A stretch of DNA of 64,000 nt from Clostridia bacterium (GCA_045540295.1 JAZQGY010000015.1:523-64522), one strand, 5' to 3'; shown: positions 18,190-27,655, counted from the stretch's first letter. Made by a program: numbers and translations. Notes: generated by a model from the letters alone, not told the origin.

Positions 18190-19191
18190 TTATTCCCATT
18201 CGATGGTGCCGATGGGCTTCGGAGTTAAGTCTAAGAGCACACGGTTGATACCCTCCACTTCGGTGGTGATGCGGTTGGTGATTTTGTGCAGGATTTCATA
18301 GGGGATTTCTTCAATGGTGGCGGTCATGGCGTCGGTGGTGTTCACCGCACGGATGATTGCCGGCCAGCCTTCGTAACGCTGTTCGTTCCGAACGCCAACG
18401 CTTTTTAAATCGGGCACAGCGATAAAGTACTGCCAAACTGTTTCGGCAAGACCGCATTTATCAAATTCTTCCCGTAAGATAGCATCTGCTTCACGGAGGG
18501 CGTGAAGTCTGTCACGAGTGATGGCACCTAAGCAACGCACACCAAGGCCGGGACCCGGGAAGGGCTGACGGTATACCATAGCATGGGGCAGGCCCAATGC
18601 TTCTCCAACTACACGGACTTCGTCTTTAAAGAGCAGTTTCACGGGTTCTACCAGATTCATTTTCATCTCTTCAGGCAATCCGCCCACATTGTGATGACTT
18701 TTTACAGGTTTGCCGCTTTCTGCCGCTTTAATGCTTTCTAAAATATCGGGATAAATGGTACCCTGTGCCAAAAACTCGATACCGTCTAACTTTGCAGCTT
18801 CTTCATCAAACACATTGATAAATTCTGCGCCAATGATTTTACGTTTGGCTTCCGGATCAGAAACGCCTGCCAACAGGTCTAAGAAACGGTCGGTAGCATC
18901 CACATAGACTAAGTTGGCGTCCAACTGATTGCGAAATACTTCAATTACCGCTTCGGATTCGCCTTTTCTCATTAAACCGTGGTTTACATGCACGCAAACT
19001 AACTGTTTGCCGATAGCTTTGATTAACAGTGCTGCAACCACAGAGCTGTCCACGCCGCCGGAGAGTGCCAAAAGCACTTTCTTGTTGCCTACCTGCTGCT
19101 TCACCTGGGCAATCTGTTCAGCAATGAATTTGTCTGCCAGTTCTTTTGTGGTGATACGTTCCATCGTATCCGGTCTTTTGTTGGTATCCAT
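18190..19191 (-). CDS. guaA: GMP synthase ATP-pyrophosphatase plus dimerisation domains only (no glutamine amidotransferase domain)
   Basis: P-loop SGGVDSSV at residues 44-51. C-terminal KPIGTIEWE. Only 333 aa, against about 510 aa for a fused bacterial GuaA. Confidence 0.8.
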   Translation of the reverse strand: MDTNKRPDTMERITTKELADKFIAEQIAQVKQQVGNKKVLLALSGGVDSSVVAALLIKAIGKQLVCVHVNHGLMRKGESEAVIEVFRNQLDANLVYVDATDRFLDLLAGVSDPEAKRKIIGAEFINVFDEEAAKLDGIEFLAQGTIYPDILESIKAAESGKPVKSHHNVGGLPEEMKMNLVEPVKLLFKDEVRVVGEALGLPHAMVYRQPFPGPGLGVRCLGAITRDRLHALREADAILREEFDKCGLAETVWQYFIAVPDLKSVGVRNEQRYEGWPAIIRAVNTTDAMTATIEEIPYEILHKITNRITTEVEGINRVLLDLTPKPIGTIEWE

Positions 19192-19283
19192 AATATCCCT
19201 CCTAAATGCTGATTATTTTTTTATTTTAGCATAGTTTTTTTTGATTTTCAAGTAGTTATGCATAAGTTTCAAAATTTTTTTTA

Positions 19284-19320
19284 GATGAAAAAACGGAACG
19301 GTGCAAACACCATTCCGTTT
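19284..19320 (-). terminator. Intrinsic terminator after the ftsW/rodA-family gene
   Basis: AAACGGAACGGTG caaa CACCATTCCGTTT, with a minus-sense T-run. Confidence 0.75.
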
Positions 19321-19337
19321 GTTTGGTTGCAAAAGAT

Positions 19338-19475
19338 TCTGCAAGAATCCATCCGCTTCCATTTCTGCAGAGGTTCAAGCCCACACGCCTACAATAGGGC
19401 GTGAGAAAACAGATATATTTTTGCTCTTTCAGAGAACGCCGCGTACTTTTTGTACGCAAGTGAACGTAAAGACAA
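19338..19475 (-). repeat. R1 modular 3'UTR element, the only minus-strand copy (variant)
   Basis: Minus sense reads TGGGCTAATCAAACAGC right after the stop (the same 17-mer follows the dnaN stop at 42361). Then TTCACTTGCGTAC aaaaa GTACGC hairpin, CACGCC/GGCGTG hairpin and an arm GAAATGGAAGCGGATGGATTCTTGCAGAAT. Confidence 0.6.
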
Positions 19476-19501
19476 AAAGATGCTGTTTGATTAGCCCATT
19501 C

Positions 19502-20611
19502 CTATATGAAGGATAAATTCTTGTTCTTCATTTTTACATTTAATACCAGTCCGATTGCTATCAAATTGGTCACCATGGAAGAACCTCCGTAGCTTAAAAA
19601 GGGCAAGGTAATCCCTGTTACGGGGGTTAAGCCGATGGTCATACCGATGTTTTCAAAAGACTGCACCAAAAACATGGTGCCAACGCCGATGGCGATGAAG
19701 GAGCCTAAGTGGTCCTTGGCTTTGGTGGCAATATAAAAACAACGGAACACAATAAAGCAAATCAGGCCTAAAATGAGCAAAGCTCCCAAAAAACCAAGTT
19801 CTTCGCAGGCAACAGCAAAGATAAAATCGGTATGCTTGGCAGGGAGAAAACTGTTTTGGGTTAAAATGCCGTTGTAGAGTCCCTGTCCGAAAACTTTTCC
19901 TGCTCCCACGGCAGTTTTAGACTGCATCACCTGATAGCCGGACATCTGAGCATCCAGTTCGGGATTTAAAAAGGTCAAGATACGGTTTTTCTGATATTCT
20001 TTAAATACAAAGAACCACAGAATGGGAACGGTGACTGCCACTGCCGCAAAAGCGGTGGCAATATATTTCCAGCTGATTTTTGCCACAAAAATCATCGCTA
20101 AGAAAATGAAGACAAAAACCATGGTGGTTCCAAAGTCAGGCTGGAGCATTATGAGCGTGACCAATACGGCAATATGCGCCAAGGCACAAAGCACAACGGG
20201 AAGTTCGTTGATGCGGTCTTTATATTTGTCCAACTGATACCCAAAGGATAAAATAAATCCGATTTTCACGATTTCCGCCGGCTGAATCCCAATGGGACCA
20301 AAGCGAATCCAGCTGTTGCCTCCTACCTCTTCGGCACCGGTACCGACCAGCAACACAAGCACCAGTAAAAACACATCTATACCAATGATGTAAAGGTATT
20401 TGGAGGCTAAAAATTCGTAATCTAAAAAAGCTAAAAACAAACAACAGACAAGCCCTAAAAAAAACGCTCCCGTCTGGATAATCACCTGGCTTTTGCTCCC
20501 GAAGGAAGCGGTAGCTGAGGACACCAAAAAGATCCCGATTACACATAAAATGCAAACGGCACTAATCAGCGGAATATCCAGATTTCTTAGCATTTGTTTT
20601 AATTTTTGCAT
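19502..20611 (-). CDS. FtsW/RodA/SpoVE family peptidoglycan glycosyltransferase
   Basis: 10-TM SEDS-type ORF. Start at ATG 20611, behind GAGGAAT; the track extension would overlap trkH. Confidence 0.85.
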   Translation of the reverse strand: MQKLKQMLRNLDIPLISAVCILCVIGIFLVSSATASFGSKSQVIIQTGAFFLGLVCCLFLAFLDYEFLASKYLYIIGIDVFLLVLVLLVGTGAEEVGGNSWIRFGPIGIQPAEIVKIGFILSFGYQLDKYKDRINELPVVLCALAHIAVLVTLIMLQPDFGTTMVFVFIFLAMIFVAKISWKYIATAFAAVAVTVPILWFFVFKEYQKNRILTFLNPELDAQMSGYQVMQSKTAVGAGKVFGQGLYNGILTQNSFLPAKHTDFIFAVACEELGFLGALLILGLICFIVFRCFYIATKAKDHLGSFIAIGVGTMFLVQSFENIGMTIGLTPVTGITLPFLSYGGSSMVTNLIAIGLVLNVKMKNKNLSFI

Positions 20612-20630
20612 AAAAAATTCCTCAATTTGT

Positions 20631-22070
20631 TTATCGTTTCCAGGTTTTGCGGGCAAATAACACCAGCATAGGGAAGATTTCCAGTCTGCCGGCAATCATC
20701 ACAAAGGTTAACACCACAGTGGATAAAGGCGAATAGCCGGAAAAGTTCGCCGTGGGACCAACGCCGGAAAGTCCCGGCCCGATATTGCCTATGGTTGCCG
20801 CAACAGCGGTAAAATTGGTGGTAAAATCAAAATTGTCTAAGCTGATGATTAAAAGTGCAGCAGCAAAAATGAAAATGTAGGCAATAAAAAACACAGTGAT
20901 GCCACGCAGGGTTTCATGCTCTAAGGGGCGACCGTTTAATTTGACTCTGGTGGTGCATTTGGGATGTACCAACACACGGATTTCCTTCAAAACACTTTTA
21001 AAGAGTACCAGCACACGGGATACTTTCAGCCCGCCACCGGTACTTCCTGCACAGGCACCCATAAACATTAAAGCAACCAAGATTATTTGAGAAAACTGGG
21101 GCCAAAGGTTAAAATCGGTGGTGGTATAACCTGTGGTGGTAATAATAGATGCAACCTGAAAGGCGCTGTGACGAAGGGCCTCCTCGGTGATGCCTACAGA
21201 GGAAAAAGCATTGAAACATACAAGCAATGTTGCCGTTAGCACAATTCCCGTGTATGCACGGACCTCCTCCATAGAGAAGGCAAACCTGTAGCGTCGCATG
21301 AGAATGCAATAGTAGAAGGTGAAATCCACCCCAAAGATAAACATAAAAACGGTTATCACCCACTGAATGTAGGGCGAATAGGTAGAGATTCCCGAATTCA
21401 AGACGGAAAAACCGCCGGTACCTGCAGTCCCAAAGGTCAGGGTAAGGGCAGAAAACCAGTCCATTCCCGGGTCTGCCATCATCAGGCAAAACTGCAAAAC
21501 GGTAAGAGCTAAGTAAATACTGTATAAAATTTTAGCGGTAGTTTTCACATGAGGTACTAATTTCCCCACCGAGTGCCCGGGGCTTTCTGCACGAAGCAGA
21601 TGAAGATTATCCCCTCCGGACAAAGGCAGAAGTGCCACTAAAAATACGATAACTCCCATCCCGCCAATCCAATGGGTAAAGCTTCTCCAAAATAACAAGG
21701 ATTTTGGTAATGCTTCCACATCGGATAAAATGGATGCACCTGTGGTGGTAAACCCGGAAGCTGTTTCAAAGAGTGCATCAGTAAATAAGGGAATGTGCCG
21801 GGACAAAAAGAAAGGCAATGCCCCGAAAATACTTAATAAAAGCCAGGAAAGTGCCACAATCACAAAGCCTTCCTTGGCAAACATTGATTTCTCCTTGGGG
21901 CGAATCAAGGTGAGCGGAATTCCCACCAACAAGCAAATTCCCATGCAAATCAAAAAAAGAAAGGGATTTTGCTCCGAAAAGCCCAACGCACAGAAAAAGG
22001 GCAAAAGCATACAAATGCCTTCAAAATTAACCACCCATCCCAGGGTGTGAAGAATCATTTTGTAATTCAT
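20631..22070 (-). CDS. trkH: TrkH/KtrB family potassium uptake protein
   Basis: 479-aa polytopic ORF with repeated selectivity-filter-like TTTG/GTGG/TTGY/STGG segments. Confidence 0.85.
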   Translation of the reverse strand: MNYKMILHTLGWVVNFEGICMLLPFFCALGFSEQNPFLFLICMGICLLVGIPLTLIRPKEKSMFAKEGFVIVALSWLLLSIFGALPFFLSRHIPLFTDALFETASGFTTTGASILSDVEALPKSLLFWRSFTHWIGGMGVIVFLVALLPLSGGDNLHLLRAESPGHSVGKLVPHVKTTAKILYSIYLALTVLQFCLMMADPGMDWFSALTLTFGTAGTGGFSVLNSGISTYSPYIQWVITVFMFIFGVDFTFYYCILMRRYRFAFSMEEVRAYTGIVLTATLLVCFNAFSSVGITEEALRHSAFQVASIITTTGYTTTDFNLWPQFSQIILVALMFMGACAGSTGGGLKVSRVLVLFKSVLKEIRVLVHPKCTTRVKLNGRPLEHETLRGITVFFIAYIFIFAAALLIISLDNFDFTTNFTAVAATIGNIGPGLSGVGPTANFSGYSPLSTVVLTFVMIAGRLEIFPMLVLFARKTWKR

Positions 22071-22080
22071 AAAAATTCCT

Positions 22081-23439
22081 CTATCTTAAAATATCGCTGA
22101 TATCGGTAAAACCTTTATGAGAGGTCACCACAATCACTGTGTCACCGGGGAGAAGCATATCCTTGCCTCGGGGAGTGATAATATCACCCTGACGGTTGAT
22201 GCAGGCAATTAAGATGCCCGGCTTCAAAGACAGGGTTTCCAAGGTCTGATGAATCACAGGAGCATTTTCTAAAATGTTGAATTCCAGCGCTTCTGCCTTG
22301 CCGTCTAAAATTTCGTGCATCGTTTCAATATTACTGCCGATGGAATTATTCTTAGCACGAACAAATCTTAAAATGTATTCTGCAGTAAGGTCCTTGGGGT
22401 AGATAATGGTATCCAGCCCCAAATTGCTGATGACCTCATCATACGCGGTATGGCTGATTTTGGTAACAATCTTTCCCTCGGTGCGGGTTTTGGCATAAAG
22501 AGAAAGCATCACATTTTCCTCATCCAGATTGGTCAGTGCCACAAAGGATTCGGTGGAATCAATCCCTTCTTCCAACAACAAACGGTTTTCAGTACCGTCA
22601 CCGTGAATAACGGTTGCCTTGGGTAAAATCGAGCAAAGCTCGTCGCAGCGGAGAGCATTCTGCTCCACAATTTTTACATCAATTCCCGCTTTAATAAGCA
22701 GGTGAGACAGATAAACTGCAGTTTCCCCACCGCCCACTATCATGGCGTTTTTTACCTTCCCGGTTTTTAAGCCGATTTTTTTGAAGAAATGAGTGGCATC
22801 CCGCACTGTTGCTACAATGCTCACATAGTCTCCCGCCTTCAACACGAAATCACCGCCGGGGATAAAGGCTTCTTCTCCACGCTCAACGCCGCAAATTAAA
22901 ACATTGCAGCCAAGCTTCTGGGGAATATCCATTAACCGTAACTCACATAGAGGAGAGGTGTTTGCAATTTTAAATTTTAAAATTTCCACTCTGCCTTTGG
23001 CAAAGGTATCAATCTGAACGGCAGAGGGGAATCGGAGCAATCTTGCCATTTCCCGAGCGGCTATTAATTCGGGATTAATAATCATGGCAAGGCCAAGGTC
23101 TTCCCGGAACAGCTGGATTTCATCCTGATACTCAGGATTTCTCACTCTGGCAATGGTATTGCAGCTGCTTAATTTTCTGGCTATCAAACAGGTGAGCAGA
23201 TTCAGTTCGTCTGACTGGGTTACGGCAATTAAAATATCTGCCTGACGAATGCCCGCTTCCTCTAAAACCTCAATACTGGCACCGCTTCCCGTGATTCCCA
23301 TCACATCGTATGCGTTCACGGTGTCTGCCAGCACAGACTGACGAAGGTCAATAGCCGTGATGGAATGTTCATTCTCCCGACTCAAGCGGTCTGCCAGCTT
23401 TTGACCGACTTTTCCCAAACCTACTATAATAATATTCAT
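22081..23439 (-). CDS. trkA: Trk system potassium uptake protein TrkA (two RCK/NAD-binding modules)
   Basis: MNIIIVGLGKVGQ and a second IVGGGETAVY Rossmann motif; 452 aa. Confidence 0.88.
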   Translation of the reverse strand: MNIIIVGLGKVGQKLADRLSRENEHSITAIDLRQSVLADTVNAYDVMGITGSGASIEVLEEAGIRQADILIAVTQSDELNLLTCLIARKLSSCNTIARVRNPEYQDEIQLFREDLGLAMIINPELIAAREMARLLRFPSAVQIDTFAKGRVEILKFKIANTSPLCELRLMDIPQKLGCNVLICGVERGEEAFIPGGDFVLKAGDYVSIVATVRDATHFFKKIGLKTGKVKNAMIVGGGETAVYLSHLLIKAGIDVKIVEQNALRCDELCSILPKATVIHGDGTENRLLLEEGIDSTESFVALTNLDEENVMLSLYAKTRTEGKIVTKISHTAYDEVISNLGLDTIIYPKDLTAEYILRFVRAKNNSIGSNIETMHEILDGKAEALEFNILENAPVIHQTLETLSLKPGILIACINRQGDIITPRGKDMLLPGDTVIVVTSHKGFTDISDILR

Positions 23440-23549
23440 AAATTCGCCTCGTTTTTATACATACTTACCATACTATGTTATCCTATATTATAGCAAAACA
23501 AGTTTTTAAAGTCAAGAAATTCAGGAAATATCTTAAAATATCATATCCA

Positions 23550-23586
23550 AAGAAGAAAAGGACAATCCTCTTTGGAGGGATTGTCC
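23550..23586 (-). terminator. Intrinsic terminator after the symporter gene
   Basis: GGACAATCCTC tttg GAGGGATTGTCC, with a minus-sense T-run. Confidence 0.75.
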
Positions 23587-23612
23587 TTTCCGAATGAAAT
23601 GCCAAACGTATT

Positions 23613-25127
23613 TTACAGGTCTTTTTCCTGTTCTTCCTGAATATCGGGGAACACAGACAGCATAGGTTTTACATCTTTCCCTTTTAACCGTCTGTCCACA
23701 TAGTTTCTGGTAATTTTGATAACCAATCCGGATAATGCCAGCACACCAATTAAGTTGGGCACCATCATTAAGCCGTTAAAGGTGTCGGAAATATCCCAAG
23801 CTAAGGAGGAGGTGAGCAGAGCACCTGCCATAATGGTTGCTAAATGAAGCAGCTTATAAATCAGTTTGGTTTTTTCACCGAATAAGTATTCCCAAGCTTT
23901 GGAGCCGTAATGATCCCACCCTAACACAGTGGTGAATGCAAACAGTAAAATGGCGATAGCAATAAACTGTTCCCCAAGCACACCAAATACGCCTGAGAAA
24001 GCTTTTGCCACTAAGGTTGCATCGGTAGTGCCTGCTGCTAAGGCACCGGTGTCTAAGTTAATCATACCGGAGGTTAATACCACCAGTGCGGTCATGGTAC
24101 AAACAATCATGGTATCTGCAAACACTTCAAAAATACCCCAAAGGCCCTGTCGAACAGGTTCCTTTACGTTGGAGTTACTGTGCACCATTACAGAAGAACC
24201 AAGACCTGCTTCGTTGGAGAATACGCCACGTTTACAACCCTGGGTTACAATATCCTTCACCACAATACCGCCAACGCCGCCCAATGCTGCAGGCACTGTG
24301 AACGCATAGCGGAAAATAGAAGCAAATGCAGCTCCGATTAACTGATAGTTGCAAGCAATTACCACAATACTTCCGCCTACAAATAAAACCACCATAAAAG
24401 GAACCACTTTTTCTGCAAATGAAGCAATTCTCTTTAACCCGCCGACAATGATTAACGCAGCAATCACCAAAAGAACAATACCAACAATCAAATGATAAAC
24501 GGAAACGCCGGGATAAAGCAGCTGAGAGGACAATGCAGGAATATCAAATGCAGAAACTACATTGACAACAATTTTGTTGATCTGCCCCATAGCTCCAATC
24601 CCAAAGGATGCCAAAATGGCGAAAATGCTAAATAAAATCGCTAAGATTTTACCAATCCACTTGCAGCCTTTCATCTTGCCAAGACCGTCCTCTAAGTAGT
24701 ACATGGCACCGCCGGACCATTCGCCTTCTTTATTTTTTCTGCGGAAGAAAATTCCTAACACATTTTCGGAGTAGTTCGTCATCATCCCGAAAAATGCTGC
24801 AATCCACATCCAAAACACTGCTCCGGGACCCCCTGCAACAATTGCAGTGGCAACCCCCGCAATGTTACCAACACCAATGGTGGCAGCCAAAGCAGTGCAA
24901 AGTGCCTGGAACTGAGAAATGGATTTTCCTTTTACCTTCCCGGAAACATCTTTTGTGAACAGTTTTCCTAAGGTTTCGGAAAACCAGTGTTTGATATGAG
25001 TAATCTGAAATACGCCGGTAATTACGGTAGTTACAACACCGGTGAGAAGCAAAAGATATAACCCTTTGCCCCAGACGAAACTGTTAATTTCGCCGTTAAA
25101 CCAAGTAAGCCAATTGAAAAAATCCAT
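23613..25127 (-). CDS. Alanine/glycine:cation symporter (AGCS family)
   Basis: SQFQALCTALAATIGVGNIAGVA signature. Start at ATG 25127, behind GGAAGGG; the track ORF starts at GTG 25151. It is preceded by a glycine riboswitch. Confidence 0.85.
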   Translation of the reverse strand: MDFFNWLTWFNGEINSFVWGKGLYLLLLTGVVTTVITGVFQITHIKHWFSETLGKLFTKDVSGKVKGKSISQFQALCTALAATIGVGNIAGVATAIVAGGPGAVFWMWIAAFFGMMTNYSENVLGIFFRRKNKEGEWSGGAMYYLEDGLGKMKGCKWIGKILAILFSIFAILASFGIGAMGQINKIVVNVVSAFDIPALSSQLLYPGVSVYHLIVGIVLLVIAALIIVGGLKRIASFAEKVVPFMVVLFVGGSIVVIACNYQLIGAAFASIFRYAFTVPAALGGVGGIVVKDIVTQGCKRGVFSNEAGLGSSVMVHSNSNVKEPVRQGLWGIFEVFADTMIVCTMTALVVLTSGMINLDTGALAAGTTDATLVAKAFSGVFGVLGEQFIAIAILLFAFTTVLGWDHYGSKAWEYLFGEKTKLIYKLLHLATIMAGALLTSSLAWDISDTFNGLMMVPNLIGVLALSGLVIKITRNYVDRRLKGKDVKPMLSVFPDIQEEQEKDL

Positions 25128-25169
25128 GTTTTTTCCCTTCCTTTTTTTCACAAAATAATAAAAATATAT

Positions 25170-25206
25170 AAAAAAACGGAGTCTTTATGACATCATAAAA
25201 ACTCCG
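25170..25206 (-). terminator. Terminator of the glycine-riboswitch expression platform
   Basis: Minus sense reads CGGAGT..ACTCCG followed by TTTTTTT. Confidence 0.7.
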
Positions 25207-25244
25207 AATTGGTCGATATAACTCAACGAAGTCACCAAAAAAAG

Positions 25245-25436
25245 TGACTGTTTCTCCGTCCTTTTGCCTGAGAGATTAGCCCACATGGGGCTTTACACCT
25301 TCGGCATCCTTAATCTTTTCCTGATTTTCTTCGGGAAAAGGGACTTCTCCGGAGCGCTATCCGTTTGCAGTCTTTGCTAAAAGCGCCTGAGAGCATTACT
25401 CCTTCGGCAAGGCATTCGCCTTTCTCCTGCATCCTT
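25245..25436 (-). promoter_or_regulatory. Tandem glycine riboswitch
   Basis: Minus sense: GCAGGAGAAAGGCGAATGCCTTGCCGAAGGAGTAATGCTCTCAGGCGCTTTTAGC...CTCCGGAGAAGTCC...GATGCCGAAGGTGTAAAG...CTCTCAGGCAAAAGGACGGAG. That is two GGAGA..CCGAAGG..CTCTCAGGC..A aptamers. Confidence 0.88.
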
Positions 25437-25467
25437 CACTTAGCACAATATGCATTTGTCTTCGGGC

Positions 25468-25496
25468 ATTATAAACCTTTTTTTGCGGTTTGTCAA
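25468..25496 (-). promoter_or_regulatory. Sigma-A promoter (TTGACA-17-TATAAT) driving the glycine riboswitch
   Basis: Minus sense reads TTGACAaaccgcaaaaaaaggttTATAAT. Confidence 0.8.
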
Positions 25497-25539
25497 CCCT
25501 TTTTGATAAAATTTTAACGATTTTTTTATTCTTTTCTTT

Positions 25540-26403
25540 TTATTCCTTGGTTAATTCCTTGATTTCCTGAGAATCCTGCTCGTCATGAACCACTGCCTGA
25601 CGGATAATTTTCACGTCTTTTTTATGGTAAGTGCCAACTGCCTCCGTGTCGGAAGAAACGGCACGAAGCATCCCGGTGATTACATTCACATCAATGACGG
25701 TACCTTCACCGCCACCGGGTAATTTCACGATGGAGCCGTGACGGGGAGTATCCTTCCACATATCCTCATAAGATGCCTGCTCATAGTTTAAGCAACACAT
25801 CAGCCTTCCGCAGGCACCTGAAATTTTGGTGGGATTTAAGGATAAATTCTGGTCTTTTGCCATTTTAATGGAAACGGGCTTAAACTCACACAAGAAGGTG
25901 GAGCAACAGCACTGCCGTCCGCAAGGCCCAAAGCATTTTAGCATTTTAGCTTCGTCACGGACACCAATCTGACGCAGTTCGATACGGGTACGGAACACGC
26001 TGGCTAAATCTTTTACCAATTCACGGAAGTCCACTCTGCCGTCTGCAGAGAAATAGAACAGCACTTTGCTTCGATCAAAAGTGTATTCCACTTCCAAAAG
26101 ATTCATTTCCAGACCGTGTTTTTTAATTTTTTCCAACGCAATACCGAAGGCTTTCTGCTCTTTTTCCTTGTTTTCTGCCAGTTGCTTAGCATCCTCTTCG
26201 GTGGCAATCCGGATAACGGGTTTTAAGGGCGGAACCAAGTCTTCCTCAGGAACCATGGAGTTTGGGCGAACAACTTTTCCGTATTCCAAACCGCGGGCGG
26301 TTTCCACAATGACGGAATCCTCTGCCGTTACGGTAAGACCGTTTGGGTCAAAGTAGTAAACCTTGCCAAAATCCTTAAACTTTACGCTGATTACTTCTAT
26401 CAT
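25540..26403 (-). CDS. ricT: PSP1-domain protein YaaT/RicT (stage 0 sporulation)
   Basis: VISVKFKDFGKVYYFD and the Cys cluster CGRQCCCSTFL..CGRLMCCLNYE. Confidence 0.88.
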   Translation of the reverse strand: MIEVISVKFKDFGKVYYFDPNGLTVTAEDSVIVETARGLEYGKVVRPNSMVPEEDLVPPLKPVIRIATEEDAKQLAENKEKEQKAFGIALEKIKKHGLEMNLLEVEYTFDRSKVLFYFSADGRVDFRELVKDLASVFRTRIELRQIGVRDEAKMLKCFGPCGRQCCCSTFLCEFKPVSIKMAKDQNLSLNPTKISGACGRLMCCLNYEQASYEDMWKDTPRHGSIVKLPGGGEGTVIDVNVITGMLRAVSSDTEAVGTYHKKDVKIIRQAVVHDEQDSQEIKELTKE

Positions 26404-26406
26404 AGG

Positions 26407-27360
26407 CTAAAAAATCCTTTCTTCATTCAAATGGGCTTTGATGGCAAGCAATGTTCCCAGTACCGAAACGGCATAGTTTCCGTTTTGGGCAAGTGCTTTT
26501 GCCAGACGGGTGATTTCTTCATATAAAGCGGAGGCCTCTGCCAGACTGATTTTTGGCGTTTCCTCCCAGTCAGTATTTTTTCGGAGGGTTTTGTCCTCTA
26601 AAGAAGCATCGTAGATCAGGCTGGCAAAAACATCCAGCACTCTTGAAACTTCCTTTTCGTAAGTGTGAAAATCACGGTACAGGCGCACCACATCCTTGGC
26701 AGTGCGGTTTTTTAGGAGCAGTCCCCCATCCTGCAAAATGGTCTGACGCATGGTTTTGTAGTCCTCCGAACCGGCAAGAGACATTGCTTCGGTGAGGGAC
26801 CCTTTGGAAAGCGTGAGAATTTCCTCCGTGGGAACGGGTAACCGATGTTTCTCAAAATATTCTTTCAATTCCTTGGGCGTTAACTCGGGGCAACGAATTT
26901 TTACCCCACGGGACAAAATGGTGGGAAGAAGGCTCGCAAGGGAATTGGTCACCAATAAAATCACCGCATACTGAGGCGGTTCTTCAAACACTTTTAAAAG
27001 AGCATTTTGAGCACCCGCCGTCATTTTTTCGGCGTCTTTGATGAGATAAATTTTTTTGTGAAAATGAAACGGTTTTAAATAAATTTCAGTAGTCAATTCC
27101 CGAATCTGATTCACAGAAATCGAACGCTCACCTTCTAAAATATGAATATCCGAGGTGGAGTAAAACTGTTTGCAGGCAGAACAAACCCCGCAGGCCGTAC
27201 GGTTTTCACAAACAATGGCCTTGGCAAATTCCAGTGCCAGCGTGGTTTTGCCCACACCGTCGATGCCATGAAAAATATATGCATGGCTCAGCTTTCCCGT
27301 TTGAATTGCATTTTGCAATAGCCTTTTGGGAAGGGTTTGCCCGATTACTGCATCAAACAT
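26407..27360 (-). CDS. holB: DNA polymerase III subunit delta'
   Basis: HAYIFHGIDGVGKTT, zinc module CGVCSACKQ, and SRGV for the SRC-type motif. Confidence 0.85.
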   Translation of the reverse strand: MFDAVIGQTLPKRLLQNAIQTGKLSHAYIFHGIDGVGKTTLALEFAKAIVCENRTACGVCSACKQFYSTSDIHILEGERSISVNQIRELTTEIYLKPFHFHKKIYLIKDAEKMTAGAQNALLKVFEEPPQYAVILLVTNSLASLLPTILSRGVKIRCPELTPKELKEYFEKHRLPVPTEEILTLSKGSLTEAMSLAGSEDYKTMRQTILQDGGLLLKNRTAKDVVRLYRDFHTYEKEVSRVLDVFASLIYDASLEDKTLRKNTDWEETPKISLAEASALYEEITRLAKALAQNGNYAVSVLGTLLAIKAHLNEERIF

Positions 27361-27370
27361 TATTTTTTAA

Positions 27371-27560
27371 TCCTCGTCTTTCTTAGGATAATCGAAATTC
27401 TGATGTGTTCGTCTCTCTTAAAAACGGCTCTTCCAGAAGAATTTTGATCCTCGTCTTTCTTAAGGTAATCGAAATTCTGATGCGTTCGTCTCTCTTAAAA
27501 ACAGCTCTTCCAAAAGAATTTTGATCCTCGTCTTTCTTAGGATAATCAAAATTCTGAAAA
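27371..27560 (-). repeat. 2.4 tandem copies of a 77-bp unit forming the holB leader
   Basis: Unit starts at 27371, 27448 and 27525. Minus-sense unit: CAGAATTTCGATTATCCTAAGAAAGACGAGGATCAAAATTCTTTTGGAAGAGCTGTTTTTAAGAGAGACGAACGCAT. Confidence 0.85.
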
Positions 27561-27655
27561 CACCTCATCCGTCAAAACCTACGGTTTTGCCACCTTCCCC
27601 TCAAGGGGAAGGCGAAAAAGTGTTGCTTTTTTGCGGTCTGTGTGCTTTTACAAGC
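27561..27655 (-). repeat. R3+R2 composite (stop-proximal module plus hairpin/GATGAGGTG module) immediately 3' of ybeY
   Basis: Minus sense: GGCTTGTAAAAGCACACAGACCGCAAAAAAGCAACACTTTTTCGCCTTCCCCTTGAGGGGAAGGTGGCAAAACCGTAGGTTTTGACGGATGAGGTG. A near-identical copy lies at 57298-57394. Confidence 0.85.
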
